From Patescibacteria group bacterium (lineage in GTDB: Bacteria; Patescibacteriota; Dojkabacteria; GCA-002793355): DNA of 64,000 nucleotides. Position 1 is the stretch's first letter; each line of letters opens with the position of its first letter. A program made the translations under genes and the position numbers. The stretch spans positions 920,040 to 984,039 of the forward strand of contig BOKM01000001.1 in the NCBI GenBank assembly GCA_016860985.1, given 5' to 3'. Shown piece by piece: positions 1-11,038 of this stretch. The notes under the pieces are model-generated. The model did not search any database, was not told the origin of the DNA, and saw only the letters and a program-made list of their open reading frames with translations.

Positions 1-608
1 ACCGTCGATGAATCTCTGAGTAGCTTAACTAACCCAAGTAATGAGGCTGCGGCAATTAGTGGAAACCCTGAGATAAATGAGAAAGCTGCACTTTGCGCTG
101 GTGAAAGGTTATTCCATATTCCACCAAGTGTTGTGATACCGCTTCGCGAGGTTCCTGGGATAAGCGCGAGTACTTGCCATAAACCAATCTTTAATGCCTG
201 AACCCAATGTAATTCTTTCCAGTCATTTTTGGTCGTACCTTGATGTTTATGGTAGTTCACTGCTGTATGCCAGAGGATTCCACCCCAGAAAATTTGATTG
301 ATGGCAACAACCAAAGGTGAATAAAAAATTGCGTCTATTGCGTCTCCAAACAGCAATCCAATAACACCAGCTGGAACTGCAGCTGCAATAAGTAAGGGCC
401 AAAGTTTAGGACTTTTCAAAATTGATAGGAATGTGGTAAAGAAAACAATGAGTATGGCGATTGTGGTTGGCAGATGCAAAAACGCTTCGAGTCCTTGTTC
501 GCTGATGTCGTACATCCAGGTGGTAATTACCAGATGTCCGCTGCTTGAGATAGGCAAGAACTCGGCAATCGCTTGAATAATGTTTAATAAATAGTATGCA
601 AAAATCAT
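1..608 (-). CDS. uppP: Undecaprenyl-diphosphate phosphatase (runs off window start; alternative start 614)
   Basis: Not in ORF track. Manual translation MIFAYYLLNIIQAIAEFLPISSSGHL carries the UppP/BacA motif; IPGTSRSG further downstream. Confidence 0.93.
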   Translation of the reverse strand, partial: MIFAYYLLNIIQAIAEFLPISSSGHLVITTWMYDISEQGLEAFLHLPTTIAILIVFFTTFLSILKSPKLWPLLIAAAVPAGVIGLLFGDAIDAIFYSPLVVAINQIFWGGILWHTAVNYHKHQGTTKNDWKELHWVQALKIGLWQVLALIPGTSRSGITTLGGIWNNLSPAQSAAFSFISGFPLIAAASLLGLVKLLRDSST

Positions 609-614
609 AGTCAT

Positions 615-639
615 ATGGTAGCACATCATGTGCTACAAT
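615..639. promoter_or_regulatory. Palindromic back-to-back extended -10 promoters for uppP and murG
   Basis: ATGGTAGCACA-tca-TGTGCTACAAT; each arm reads TGTGC-TACmAT 6-7 nt before an ATG. Confidence 0.7.
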
Positions 640-646
640 TGGAGCA

Positions 647-1846
647 ATGGCGCATTCGTCTATAATTTTTACTGCGGCAGGCTCTGGTGGTCATATTTTT
701 GCCGCAATTGCAACGTTAAAGTCTTTTCAATCTCAGTACCCAACATTGGCAAAAGAACTCGTTTTTGTTGGGAGCACCCTTACAATGGAGGGCGAAAAAC
801 GGCAGCTCCCCATGGAAGAACGGCTCACTACAAGGATGGGCATCCCCTTTCGGAAAATTAGAATGGGAAAACTTCAGCGCCAGCTCTCCTTTCAAACAAT
901 TAAGCATATGTTAAAGGTAGTTCTGGGGTTTTGGGATGCCTTCTGGTTGTTAAAAGAGCTTAAACCGTCTGTTATTGTTGCCTTTGGCGGTTATGTTTCA
1001 TTTCCGCTTGTGATCGTAGGTAGGCTATTTGGAGCAAAAATTGTGCTTCATGAACAAACAAGTAACATCGGACTAACAAACAAATTGTTGCAACCGTTTG
1101 CTTCTGTAATCGCAGTCACTTTTGAAACATCGCTACCCTATTTTAAAAAGAAGCCAATCGTTGTGGGAAGTCCAACAATGTTTCATATCTACGGGATAGA
1201 AGATTTTACCCATTTAAAAGGTTACTTGGAGAAAGAAAACAGTAGAATTCTTGAGGATCCTGCATATATTGAAACACTACAGCAACTCGAACGAGTTAAA
1301 GGAAAGTATCCAATATTACTGATGAGTGGAGGAAGTCAGGGGTCGCATTTCTTAAACGAGCAAATTAAGTCCATTCTCCCAGAATTACTAAAAGAAATGT
1401 ACGTGGTTCTTCAAGTTGGTGAAAATGAATATTATAATGATTTTGTCACTCTTTCTGAATATGTGAAAACACTCCCTCTTGATTTAGCAAGTAAGTGTAT
1501 AGTGAGGCGATTTGTTTACGAAGAATATGGGTACTTAATGAAAAAGGCAGATCTCTTTTTAGGGCGAAGTGGGGCGAATACAGTATATCAAGTTGGAATG
1601 AATAATCTGAAAGCAGTCTTTGTACCGATACCGTGGGTAACAAGAAATGAACAATACACCAATGCAATGATCTTAAAAGAAAAAGGATTGGCTGATATTG
1701 TTGAGCAAGATTCCTGCACCCCGGCGGCGCTACTTTTGGCTATTAAAAAACAATTGGAAAAAGGAATACTCGATACAGAAATGCCGGCTTTCCCGATTGA
1801 TTCGGACAAGCAGCTTGCGAGAGAAATTGGGAAGTTGGCAGTCTAG
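647..1846 (+). CDS. murG: MurG N-acetylglucosaminyl transferase
   Basis: GSGGH, FGGYVS, HEQ, GGSQGS, GRSGA and NEQYTNA motifs. Confidence 0.93.
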   Translation: MAHSSIIFTAAGSGGHIFAAIATLKSFQSQYPTLAKELVFVGSTLTMEGEKRQLPMEERLTTRMGIPFRKIRMGKLQRQLSFQTIKHMLKVVLGFWDAFWLLKELKPSVIVAFGGYVSFPLVIVGRLFGAKIVLHEQTSNIGLTNKLLQPFASVIAVTFETSLPYFKKKPIVVGSPTMFHIYGIEDFTHLKGYLEKENSRILEDPAYIETLQQLERVKGKYPILLMSGGSQGSHFLNEQIKSILPELLKEMYVVLQVGENEYYNDFVTLSEYVKTLPLDLASKCIVRRFVYEEYGYLMKKADLFLGRSGANTVYQVGMNNLKAVFVPIPWVTRNEQYTNAMILKEKGLADIVEQDSCTPAALLLAIKKQLEKGILDTEMPAFPIDSDKQLAREIGKLAV

Positions 1847-1878
1847 TCAGGGACTGCTAATTTGTGCTATACTCTTCT

Positions 1879-4308
1879 ATGAATAACAACGAAGAAAGAA
1901 TTGACATACTTTCATACTTTTCTCAACGAGCAAAAGAATTACTCTCACGAACTGTTGAGCAAGCTCGATTGCGTGGTGCCTCATTTGTAGATACAGAGGA
2001 CCTTTTGCTGGAAATTACGTCTGATGAGGTTGTTGAACGAATATTTCGTGAATTAGGCATAAAAGTTCCCTTATTGGTAACGTACCTTGAAGAAAATATG
2101 CCGAAGGTTAGAAGTAATCAAACTGGTCAAATGGATCTCTCTCCACGTATGAAGCAAGCACTGCAACTTGCTTTCCAGGAAGCTATGGAAATAGGTCATT
2201 CCTATGTGGGGCCAGAACATTTATTACTTGGCATCTTAAGAGAGAATGACGGTTTTGGCGCTCGAACATTGCAAAAATATGGCGTGACTATGGTTACTGC
2301 ACGTCAAGCAGTTCTAAAAATTGTCGGAAAAGGTGACGAAGAAGGGAGTAAGTCAGCTCAAATTACAGAAACTCCTACACTCGACAAATACTCTCGAAAC
2401 TTAAGTAATCTTGCACGAAAAGGTGCAGTTGATCCTGTTATTGGCAGAAATGACGAAATTACTAGGCTTATTCAAATACTTATCAGAAGAAGAAAGAACA
2501 ATCCCGTATTAATTGGTGAACCTGGAGTTGGTAAGACAGCCATTGCAGAAGGTCTTGCCCAGCGAATTGTGTCGGGTGATGTGCCCGATGAACTAAAAGG
2601 GAAGGAAGTAAAAGAACTCGATTTAGGCGCGATGATTGCAGGTTCAAAGTTTAGAGGAGAGTTCGAAGAAAGAGCAAAAAAGATTTTAGACGAACTTCAA
2701 AAGGCAAATGGGCAGGTGATTCTATTTATCGATGAGCTCCATACTGTGGTTGGATCGGGTGCACAAGAAGGGCAAATGGATTTGGCAAATATGTTAAAAC
2801 CTGCTCTCGCACGTGGAGAGTTCCAAATCATTGGAGCGACTACATTAAACGAGTATAAAAAATATATTGAAAAGGATGCGGCACTCGAGCGCCGTTTTCA
2901 ACCGATTTTAGTTGAAGAACCTACGGTTCAGGCCTCGATTGGTATATTGAAAGGAGTGAGAGATCGCTACGAAGCTTTTCACAAGGTGACTATTGAGGAA
3001 TCAGCAATAGAAGCTGCAGTATCACTTTCTGATCGTTACATAAAAGATAGGTTTTTGCCAGACAAAGCGTTTGATATTCTTGACGAAGCTTGCAGTATGG
3101 TAAAAATTGAATCTCAATATGAACCACAGGAGCTGCGAGATTTAAAAGGGCAATTGAAATCTTTTGAAAAAGAACGTGATGCATTAACTCGTGCGCAAAA
3201 GTTTGAAGAAGCATCGGTTATTAAGCAGCAAATGGAAGAACTAAAAGAAAAGCTCCTCCCTCTTTCTGAAGAATGGGATAAGAAAAAGTCACGTGGGACG
3301 CCAAGTGTAACTACCGAAACTATAGCGCTTGTCTTGTCGAGAATGACGGGGATTCCTGTAAATCAACTAAAAGAAGCAGAGAAAGAAAAGCTGTTAAAAC
3401 TTGAGTCACTTCTTCATCAGAGGGTTATTGCTCAAGAAGAAGCGATTAAATCCGTAGCTGAGGCAATTAGACGAGGCAGAATTGGGCTTACTGACCCAAA
3501 AAGGCCACTTGCCTCTTTTCTTTTCCTTGGTCCCACAGGAGTTGGAAAAACTGAGCTTGCAAAAGCATTGGCTGAGTATATATTTGGCGACGAAGAAGCA
3601 ATTATTCGGCTCGACATGTCCGAATACATGGAATCACACAGTGTTTCTAAGCTCATTGGATCGCCACCCGGATATGTAGGTTTTGAAGATGGCGGGCAAC
3701 TTACAGAAAAAATTCGACGACAACCCTACTCTATTGTTCTGCTTGACGAGCTTGAAAAGGCACATCCCGATGTGCTCAACATTCTATTGCAAGTATTAGA
3801 CGATGGGAGATTAACTGATGCCAAGGGGCGAACGGTTGATTTTAAAAACTGTATTTTAATAGCGACCAGCAACGTAGGATCGACGCAACTACTCGATTAT
3901 GTGAGACGAGAGATTCGCAAAAAGAATGATTGGGAACAAGTTGAAAAAACTGTGCATGAACTACTAAAAAAGACATTCCGCCCAGAGTTTCTGAATCGTA
4001 TTGACGAGATGATTCTTTTTCATCCTCTGGAACGCGAAAATATTAAGGAAATTGTGTCAATGCAACTTGACAGAGTACGTCGGTTAATGGAGGCGCAACA
4101 CATAAAAGTTACCTTCGAACCCTCGCTTATTGACATGGTCGCAGAAAAGGGTTTTGAGCCGGAGTTTGGGGCTAGACCAATCAAACGAACCGTACAAAAA
4201 TATGTCGAAAACGAAATCGCATTAAAGGTTCTCAAAGGCGAGATTACAGAAGGAATGCAGTTAAAGATTGGCTATAAAAATGGGTCAATGACTTTTGACA
4301 AGTTATAG
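1879..4308 (+). CDS. clpC: ATP-dependent Clp protease ATP-binding subunit, ClpC type
   Basis: Two Clp-N repeats, Walker A GEPGVGKT and GPTGVGKT, short middle domain; start moved to ATG 1879, 5 nt after TATACT. Confidence 0.93.
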   Translation: MNNNEERIDILSYFSQRAKELLSRTVEQARLRGASFVDTEDLLLEITSDEVVERIFRELGIKVPLLVTYLEENMPKVRSNQTGQMDLSPRMKQALQLAFQEAMEIGHSYVGPEHLLLGILRENDGFGARTLQKYGVTMVTARQAVLKIVGKGDEEGSKSAQITETPTLDKYSRNLSNLARKGAVDPVIGRNDEITRLIQILIRRRKNNPVLIGEPGVGKTAIAEGLAQRIVSGDVPDELKGKEVKELDLGAMIAGSKFRGEFEERAKKILDELQKANGQVILFIDELHTVVGSGAQEGQMDLANMLKPALARGEFQIIGATTLNEYKKYIEKDAALERRFQPILVEEPTVQASIGILKGVRDRYEAFHKVTIEESAIEAAVSLSDRYIKDRFLPDKAFDILDEACSMVKIESQYEPQELRDLKGQLKSFEKERDALTRAQKFEEASVIKQQMEELKEKLLPLSEEWDKKKSRGTPSVTTETIALVLSRMTGIPVNQLKEAEKEKLLKLESLLHQRVIAQEEAIKSVAEAIRRGRIGLTDPKRPLASFLFLGPTGVGKTELAKALAEYIFGDEEAIIRLDMSEYMESHSVSKLIGSPPGYVGFEDGGQLTEKIRRQPYSIVLLDELEKAHPDVLNILLQVLDDGRLTDAKGRTVDFKNCILIATSNVGSTQLLDYVRREIRKKNDWEQVEKTVHELLKKTFRPEFLNRIDEMILFHPLERENIKEIVSMQLDRVRRLMEAQHIKVTFEPSLIDMVAEKGFEPEFGARPIKRTVQKYVENEIALKVLKGEITEGMQLKIGYKNGSMTFDKL

Positions 4309-4329
4309 CCAATTTCGTACAGATAACTG

Positions 4330-5271
4330 CTAATCCAGAACAATTTCGACTGCTCCTGCTCCAACATTTACTGTCACTTCAACATCATATGTAGGAGACA
4401 TTTCGTACACTCCGTTTGCGCCAATTCCACCAAAATCTTTATCCAGAGAACTCTTTTCAGATTTTAATTTGACGCTACCCGCTCCAAGTGAGTACGTAAG
4501 TTTGATTGTTTTATCTCCATGAAGGCGTAAGGTAGTTTTACCTGCTCCAACGCTTAACTCAATTTTTGGTGCAACTGCCAATCCACTAAGGTCAAGCGAA
4601 AGCTCTCCGGCTCCGACTTGTGAGGTAAAAGACTTAAGTCGCATTTCGTCGAGCGTGAGCACTCCTTTACTTGCACCAGTAGAAATAGACATTACTGCAG
4701 GAATTTCGCTCACTCCGAGAGACGCCTTATATGTGTTTAGGTCACTTAAGCTCGCAATTCTGTAGTATTTGTCCAACGGAATATTTTTTGTGTCAATTCG
4801 CAAAACTTTTTCAGATGTTAAATTCTCGGATATGCGAAAGTTATCAGGTCCTGTCATTGAAAGGTAATTTCCGCTGACCTTATCAGAAATCAAGAAATCA
4901 GCAGCTCCAAAATTAAAATCATAATCAACTGACATTGCATCGGTGTATCTTTCAAATGGTACATTTTCTGTGACAATGTCCAGTTTGATGGTGTTTTGGT
5001 TAGATCCCAAGAGTTGTTGCTTTACAAATACAATACCTAAGATTACCGCAGCAAAGAAAAGAACATCAAAAATAATGCCAAAAAACTTGCCTAGATGTGC
5101 ATTTCCTACCATTTTGACACCAGCGCTAATTATGAACACAGGCCAGTAGCGCAGTACAAAATCTAGAAGATCCCGCCATGCAAGAATTTGTAAGTTCGCA
5201 AGCAATGCGACTGTACCTACAGACAAAAGAAATAAACCGAATGAAATCGATTCGTAACGCTTATTTTCCAT
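4330..5271 (-). CDS. LiaF/DUF5668-like membrane protein with C-terminal beta-rich domain
   Basis: N-terminal TM segments with YWP motif, repeated GAG beta strands; downstream of the PspC-domain gene. Confidence 0.6.
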   Translation of the reverse strand: MENKRYESISFGLFLLSVGTVALLANLQILAWRDLLDFVLRYWPVFIISAGVKMVGNAHLGKFFGIIFDVLFFAAVILGIVFVKQQLLGSNQNTIKLDIVTENVPFERYTDAMSVDYDFNFGAADFLISDKVSGNYLSMTGPDNFRISENLTSEKVLRIDTKNIPLDKYYRIASLSDLNTYKASLGVSEIPAVMSISTGASKGVLTLDEMRLKSFTSQVGAGELSLDLSGLAVAPKIELSVGAGKTTLRLHGDKTIKLTYSLGAGSVKLKSEKSSLDKDFGGIGANGVYEMSPTYDVEVTVNVGAGAVEIVLD

Positions 5272-5797
5272 TTTTTGATCTTGTTAAAATTATGATTCCG
5301 AGTGCAATAATAACGATTGGCCAGAGGGTACGGACAAATAATCGAGCAATATCAGCAAAAACAAGATACCCAAAATTGTTTGCTAATAACAATGCACCAA
5401 GAACAATTACACCTAATCCCAACCATGTTTGCGTATTCTTTTTCATAGCAAGCTTCTCGACGTTTGCTGCGGCATCTTCAATGGTAGTTTCTAGATTTTG
5501 TGTGTTTTCTTTTACAACTTCTTGAGTTGATTTCGCTGCGCTCCCTTGTTCAGGTAAGACAATACAAAGAACAATGTAAATAAGAATTCCCGAACCACCC
5601 GAAATTGTTAATATTACAAAAAGGAGTCGAAGAATGACCGGATCGAGTGACAAGTATTCGCCCAAACCGCCACATACTCCACAAACCATCTTATCCGTAG
5701 ACGATTTTGTCAAGCGTTTTGCTGTAGTTGTAGAAGGCTTTGCTTCTGGGGTTGGTGCTTCTGTGTGCACTGGTTTCTTAGTTTTCTTTTCAGACAT
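5261..5797 (-). CDS. PspC domain membrane protein with C-terminal DUF5668-like part
   Basis: DKMVCGVCGGLGEYLSLDPVILRLLF PspC signature. Confidence 0.85.
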   Translation of the reverse strand: MSEKKTKKPVHTEAPTPEAKPSTTTAKRLTKSSTDKMVCGVCGGLGEYLSLDPVILRLLFVILTISGGSGILIYIVLCIVLPEQGSAAKSTQEVVKENTQNLETTIEDAAANVEKLAMKKNTQTWLGLGVIVLGALLLANNFGYLVFADIARLFVRTLWPIVIIALGIIILTRSKNGK

Positions 5798-5828
5798 GTA
5801 ATGTGTTAGTTATGTTATTTTCACAATG

Positions 5829-8800
5829 TTATTGTACTCTTCTAAACCAATCAACGGAAACTTGTGGAGTATATCCTCCGTTTGTACTATACGGATGGAG
5901 TAATATACCCACATATTCTGGTGCCGCTCCGAGTTGAGATGCTACAACTTCGGTATGAACGAGTTGATAGCTTACCCCACTAGTACTTGTTCTGTAATAC
6001 AAATTTGTTCCGTTGTATTCGACTTCCAAGTAGTAAGTCTGTGTCCACAAGTTCGCAAAATCGACTTCGCTATTTATGGTAGAACCTGTAAATCTTCCAT
6101 AATATCCCGTAAGGCCATCGCCATAGCTTCCATGTTTAAGATATGCAAACCAATAATTCTTATTTGAAGAAGAATTTCTAACAAGGAATCCTCCTCCGGT
6201 GTAGGTCCATAATATTCCTTCAATATGCATTTTGGTTCTGAATTTCCAATTCCCTACTGGCGCAGGTTGAACGAGTGCAACGTATCGACTTGTATTTGCA
6301 GCACTCGAGTTATATTTGAGCTCGAGTAAGTTTCCATATTCACTGTAGCTTGCATTCCCTCCTGCATCCGTATATTGAGTCCATTTTACATCAACAACTC
6401 CATCGTTAAACTCATCGTCCATTGCGTCTGCACTTGCTGGAGGTTTATCTGGGTTTACTGACCACGATGGTTGATCGTCGATCTCCTTCCAGCTACCATT
6501 ATTGCTTTTTACTTCTACCTTACCGTTGTTATCTCTGATTCCGTAGCCTGTGCTTCCATCTGTAGTTCCGAAGTTCAAATAGCCCGATGCTACGATACCA
6601 ATATTGCCATTTACATCGAGCGTATGTTGCGGTTGAGTGACACCAATACCTACACTCGCATTTAGAATCTGTAATTCATCAACAGCTTGATCATCAAATT
6701 CTATCCTTCCAGAGGTTGCTCCAAGACCTATCCATTTATCATCTGCGGTTGCATCTGCAAATACGGTACTCCCTGTCATTGACCCAACAGTAACACTACT
6801 TGTTCCACCACCACCTTGGGGAACGAGTTGTCCCTCCGGCGTCCAGTATTGGTCTTTGTATGATGGCAAATATCTAAAGTAATCAACAACCATGTAACTA
6901 GTTCCATTATTGATCACCCCCATTCTGGTAACACCTGGATCAGCGACGGAATATACTCTGTTATATGTAACTCCATCGTTGCTTACCCAAAAAGAGAGTG
7001 TTGTACCAGTTCTTCTGATACTAAAGTAGTAATAATTTTCCGTAGCAATGCCAATGCCAACGGGAGTTGATCCCCAAGAAAGATAATTTGACCAACTTAT
7101 AACTTCGATAAGTGAACTATTTGAACTTCGTCCTGTATGGCCTACAGTCCAAATCGTTCCTGCTCCATTTTGAACAGCAAGCATTGCCTGACTGTAGTTC
7201 ACAAATTGAGGCATTCCACTTGTTGAGATTCTGGTCCAAATCGTAAAATCTCCTGCAGGCAAGGTTTTGTAAAGGTATTTGCTGTCGGTTATCCTTAGCC
7301 CCCCATTCGATTCTGCTGCAGAACCCGCTCCAGATTGTGTCCACGAGCCGTCAATCGAAGTATCGCTAAACTCATCGTCGTTGGCATTTGCTGTTGCAGG
7401 AGGTGCGTCTGGATCCCATTTACTGTAGATTGCACTCCCACCACCTGAACCAAGCGAATTGAGTGCTACCCATGTTCCGCCGTCATCTTTATACTCAATT
7501 TCTCCGCTGTTATCTCGAATACCGTAACCACTGCTTCCGTCACTTGTACCGAAGTTTAAGTATCCTGCTGCAACAATTCCAATATTCCCATTCACATCGA
7601 GTTTGTGCTGCGGTTGCGTCTGACCAATCCCTACGTTCGCATCGAGTATTTGCACTTCATCGGTTGCCTGGTCGTCAAATTCGATTCTTGCCGCAGTTGC
7701 GCCAAGTCCTAACCAATCATCGTCTGCAGTCGAGTCGGCAAATAAAGAAGAGCCGGTCATTGAGCCGACGGTAACTGTTCCGCTGCCAGATATGTCGGTT
7801 GTTTGATTGTCAGCAACAAACCAAACACTGGCTAAGCTAAAATAGTAATTCGAGGATGAGGCGTTTTTCCCGTTTATTGTCGCTTTTAACACATGCCTAC
7901 CTGAGGCGGAAATAGTAACAGTTCCTGACTTTATATTGCTATATGTGCTTGTTCCATACCAATCGTGAGAAACAAAAGGTGCTTGCCCATCGATGCTCCA
8001 CTCTAAAATCCCGAAATGTGGTCCGGAGGGGCCAGTTATATAGAATGTGTACGTCCCTGCTGCTAATGTTACCGTAGTTTGAATTGCGTCTCCGTCTCCT
8101 GGTGTTGACTGGTATACTTCGAGGTCACCCATTTGATTTGCTGAGGCACCTTTAATTAGTGACCCTCCGCACCCATTCACGACTTTAAATTGTAATGCAG
8201 ATATTGTTACATCTTGATTTGCTGTTGTTCCCGTACCACTCCCGCCTGTACCGGTATCATCATTTGCACAAATCCAGCGAGAATTTGTTGCATCGTACTC
8301 TAAGGTCTGCCCATTGCTACACGCGGTGTCGTTCGGCTTGTAGTTAAAGTATTTGCCCGAACCATTGGTTACTTGGCTCACATCAAGACCTGTAATGTAC
8401 CCAGAGTCATTAGTCCACTGTGAAATGTTTGCCGAAGTAAAGTTACTGGTACCAAGACCGGTAATGGTTGCACCGGTGTGGTTGTGAGAATCGTTACTGA
8501 TGGCAAGATTGTCGTAGGTGCCAGAGGCATCACCACCAAAGTTTGCCGTAAGATTGAGTTTGCTGGAGAGTGCAGCAGAAAGGTCTGCTTGGTCACCTAG
8601 GGTGCCATTAATACTTCCCCACGCAATGGTTCCTGCACCATTGTCGTTGCCACAGACCCAACGAGAGAGACCGGCATCATACTTAAGGGTTTGATCGTGG
8701 CTACACGCAGTATCGTTTGGTTTGTAGTTTAGGTAGATATTACTGCCGTTGGCTACCTGCGCAAAGTTAACACCAGAGATGAAGCCAGAGTCGTTGGTCC

Positions 8801-10325
8801 ATTGCGAGATATTTGGGGAGGTAAAGTCTGCAACTCCCAGTCCAGAGATGGTCGCTGCGGTATGGTCGTGAGAATCGTTACTGACTGCAAGGTTGTTGTA
8901 GGTACCAGCCACATCACCCCCAAAAGAAGCAGCAGTCGCAAGTTTTGCTTGTAGGGCGATATTAAGGTCATTTTGGTCGGAGAGTGTACCCGTAATTGCT
9001 CCCCAGGTTACAGAAGAGGCGCCGGTATCGTTGCCACATACCCAACGGTTGAGACCTGCATCATACTTGAGTACCTGATCTTGTGAACAGGCAGCATTGT
9101 TTGGTCGGTAATCCCAGTAGATACCATTGGCATTAGTAACCTGCGAGTGATTGAGGCCTGTAATATACCCTGCATTGTTGGTAAGTAGCGAGATGTTCTC
9201 CCCTTCTACGACTACCTGAGAGGCAAGCTCCGAAGTGCTCCACGTAAAGGGAAGTGTGCCAGTATTGGTGAGGTTGTCTTTCGGAACCGAAGTATCGTTG
9301 GTAATGTACCCAGAATCGTTTGTCCATTGAGAGATATTGGGAGAGGAGAAGTCAGCAACAGCAAGTCCAGAGATGGTGGCACCTGTGTGGTCATGTTCAT
9401 CGTTTGTGACCACAATTGCATCGTAGGTACCGGTAACATCACCTCCAAAAGAAGCAGTGGTACCGAGTTTTGTGGTGAGTGCGGCGTTAAGGTCGGTTTG
9501 GTCTGCAAGGTTACCAGAGATATCTCCCCAGGCAACGGCACCTGCGCCAGAATCGGTGCCACAAATCCAGCGACTTAAGGCGGCATCGTATTTGAGGACT
9601 TGACCTTGCGTACAGGCAGTATTGTCAGGTCTGTAATCTAGAAAGATACCTACCCCATTAGTTATTTGGCTAAAGGTTACGCTTGTTAGGTAATTCTGTG
9701 TAGTTACCCAGTTTTCTGTCGCAATGTTCGCGCTATTGAGTGTTGTTCCAGCAGAAAGATTAATTGCACTGTTTGTAATGTAACCCTCCACTTCTCCTTC
9801 AGTAAGCGTATTGCCTGAGTCGTCACCATCGTCTAAACCATTAGGTCGATTTTTAATATCGTTCCAGCTTATGCTTTCGGTTCCACCTGAAAATTGCGTC
9901 GGTAGATATTCGCTTTTAATTTTGCCCTGCGAGGTAATACCCTCTGTTTCAAGATCTTTCCATGCGCTAAAACTATTTTCAGGCAGTGTGCCTGAGGTAA
10001 GATTGCTTGCATTCACAAAATAAGATGTATCGTGACCGTCGAGCATGTCTGCGTTTAGCGAGCTACCTTCTCCACCCTTAACAACAAAAGAGATACCTTC
10101 AACCGTTTTTTCAATTTTTACATTTTGGCTTTCAGGTAGTTGTTCTAAAAAGTTGCCAATAGCCGAATCGGTGACATTCCCATAGCTGGTGAGTTGAGAC
10201 TCAGTTTGTTTGAGCTGAAGGAATATAAACAAATAAAGCGCAGCAAAACCCACTGCAATAAATATCATTATCCTTGTAAATTTTTTAACCGATAGGTGTA
10301 AATTATCGGCAGATTCCGGGTTCAT
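5829..10325 (-). CDS. Giant membrane-anchored repeat protein (tail-fibre/adhesin-like)
   Basis: 1498 aa, N-terminal TM, LNADMLDG motif, internal repeats, NVGIG..P.H.LDVNG motifs, two C-terminal beta-sandwich-like modules. Confidence 0.75.
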   Translation of the reverse strand: MNPESADNLHLSVKKFTRIMIFIAVGFAALYLFIFLQLKQTESQLTSYGNVTDSAIGNFLEQLPESQNVKIEKTVEGISFVVKGGEGSSLNADMLDGHDTSYFVNASNLTSGTLPENSFSAWKDLETEGITSQGKIKSEYLPTQFSGGTESISWNDIKNRPNGLDDGDDSGNTLTEGEVEGYITNSAINLSAGTTLNSANIATENWVTTQNYLTSVTFSQITNGVGIFLDYRPDNTACTQGQVLKYDAALSRWICGTDSGAGAVAWGDISGNLADQTDLNAALTTKLGTTASFGGDVTGTYDAIVVTNDEHDHTGATISGLAVADFSSPNISQWTNDSGYITNDTSVPKDNLTNTGTLPFTWSTSELASQVVVEGENISLLTNNAGYITGLNHSQVTNANGIYWDYRPNNAACSQDQVLKYDAGLNRWVCGNDTGASSVTWGAITGTLSDQNDLNIALQAKLATAASFGGDVAGTYNNLAVSNDSHDHTAATISGLGVADFTSPNISQWTNDSGFISGVNFAQVANGSNIYLNYKPNDTACSHDQTLKYDAGLSRWVCGNDNGAGTIAWGSINGTLGDQADLSAALSSKLNLTANFGGDASGTYDNLAISNDSHNHTGATITGLGTSNFTSANISQWTNDSGYITGLDVSQVTNGSGKYFNYKPNDTACSNGQTLEYDATNSRWICANDDTGTGGSGTGTTANQDVTISALQFKVVNGCGGSLIKGASANQMGDLEVYQSTPGDGDAIQTTVTLAAGTYTFYITGPSGPHFGILEWSIDGQAPFVSHDWYGTSTYSNIKSGTVTISASGRHVLKATINGKNASSSNYYFSLASVWFVADNQTTDISGSGTVTVGSMTGSSLFADSTADDDWLGLGATAARIEFDDQATDEVQILDANVGIGQTQPQHKLDVNGNIGIVAAGYLNFGTSDGSSGYGIRDNSGEIEYKDDGGTWVALNSLGSGGGSAIYSKWDPDAPPATANANDDEFSDTSIDGSWTQSGAGSAAESNGGLRITDSKYLYKTLPAGDFTIWTRISTSGMPQFVNYSQAMLAVQNGAGTIWTVGHTGRSSNSSLIEVISWSNYLSWGSTPVGIGIATENYYYFSIRRTGTTLSFWVSNDGVTYNRVYSVADPGVTRMGVINNGTSYMVVDYFRYLPSYKDQYWTPEGQLVPQGGGGTSSVTVGSMTGSTVFADATADDKWIGLGATSGRIEFDDQAVDELQILNASVGIGVTQPQHTLDVNGNIGIVASGYLNFGTTDGSTGYGIRDNNGKVEVKSNNGSWKEIDDQPSWSVNPDKPPASADAMDDEFNDGVVDVKWTQYTDAGGNASYSEYGNLLELKYNSSAANTSRYVALVQPAPVGNWKFRTKMHIEGILWTYTGGGFLVRNSSSNKNYWFAYLKHGSYGDGLTGYYGRFTGSTINSEVDFANLWTQTYYLEVEYNGTNLYYRTSTSGVSYQLVHTEVVASQLGAAPEYVGILLHPYSTNGGYTPQVSVDWFRRVQ
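8274..9690 (-). repeat. Four diverged intragenic repeats (~128-aa unit; boundaries approximate)
   Basis: W[IV]C[GA][TN]D Trp codons at 9569, 9044, 8660 and 8276 (spacing 525, 384, 384 nt). Confidence 0.9.
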
Positions 10326-10401
10326 ATACTATCTAAGAATAGCATAAATCCCCATCACTTCCAATATTTTGGATTACATTTTTTGTAGGAAAGTTGTAAA
10401 A

Positions 10402-10974
10402 CTATTCCGTCCAGCTTGTATCGCTATCTTCTTGAGCTGACGAGTCCGCTTTGGGCCCAATATAGGAAACAATCCACTTCTCGCCTATCTTCTCGAGTTC
10501 AGCGTATTCAAGATTCGTAATTTCTTCAACTTTTTGTTTTAACTTGAACTCAACTGATGCAGAGGAGTTTTCAATATTTACTGATGAAATACTGATACCT
10601 GTAATATTGTCTTTAAAAAGAGATGCGAGTGTGTCTCCGTTATTATTCAACGGTGTATAAAGATCGTCGTAAAGCCTGCTGGTAGAAACTGATTTAACAG
10701 TGTCTTTGTCATCTTCGCTCATTGCGGTGAAAAGCGTTTTAACTGCAACTGCTTGTGGTGTCTTTTGCATGCCATAGTTGAGTGCAAAAATGCCGCCAAC
10801 CGCGCAAGAACAGCAAAGCACTGCTAAACCGACAAGTACCATGAGAATAATGACAACTGGGTTCTTCTTTTTCTTTTGTTCCGGTTGTGTGACGGGTGTT
10901 GATGCCGCTTCTGTTACTGGCGCTACATTCTCTGTTACTACTTTGGCTTCTGGTGCGAGCGAGTCTTCTTGCAT
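10402..10974 (-). CDS. Single-TM membrane protein with Cys-rich TM end and small NTF2-like domain
   Basis: KKKK-TM-CCSC; C-terminal ELEKIGEKWIV. Confidence 0.65.
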   Translation of the reverse strand: MQEDSLAPEAKVVTENVAPVTEAASTPVTQPEQKKKKNPVVIILMVLVGLAVLCCSCAVGGIFALNYGMQKTPQAVAVKTLFTAMSEDDKDTVKSVSTSRLYDDLYTPLNNNGDTLASLFKDNITGISISSVNIENSSASVEFKLKQKVEEITNLEYAELEKIGEKWIVSYIGPKADSSAQEDSDTSWTE

Positions 10975-11008
10975 AATAATTGGATGAGCTTAGATGGAAT
11001 TATTGTAC

Positions 11009-11038
11009 GCGAATTTTTGCAGAATCGCAAAAATTCGC
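11009..11038. promoter_or_regulatory. Perfect 12-bp inverted repeat between divergent promoters
   Basis: GCGAATTTTTGC-agaatc-GCAAAAATTCGC. Confidence 0.6.

Noticed and set aside
406-624. 72-aa ORF in the track
   Set aside because: It is an alternative frame of uppP, which the track missed because the gene runs off the window.
5829-10325. Prophage tail gene
   Set aside because: It has an N-terminal TM anchor and there are no capsid, terminase or other phage genes nearby.
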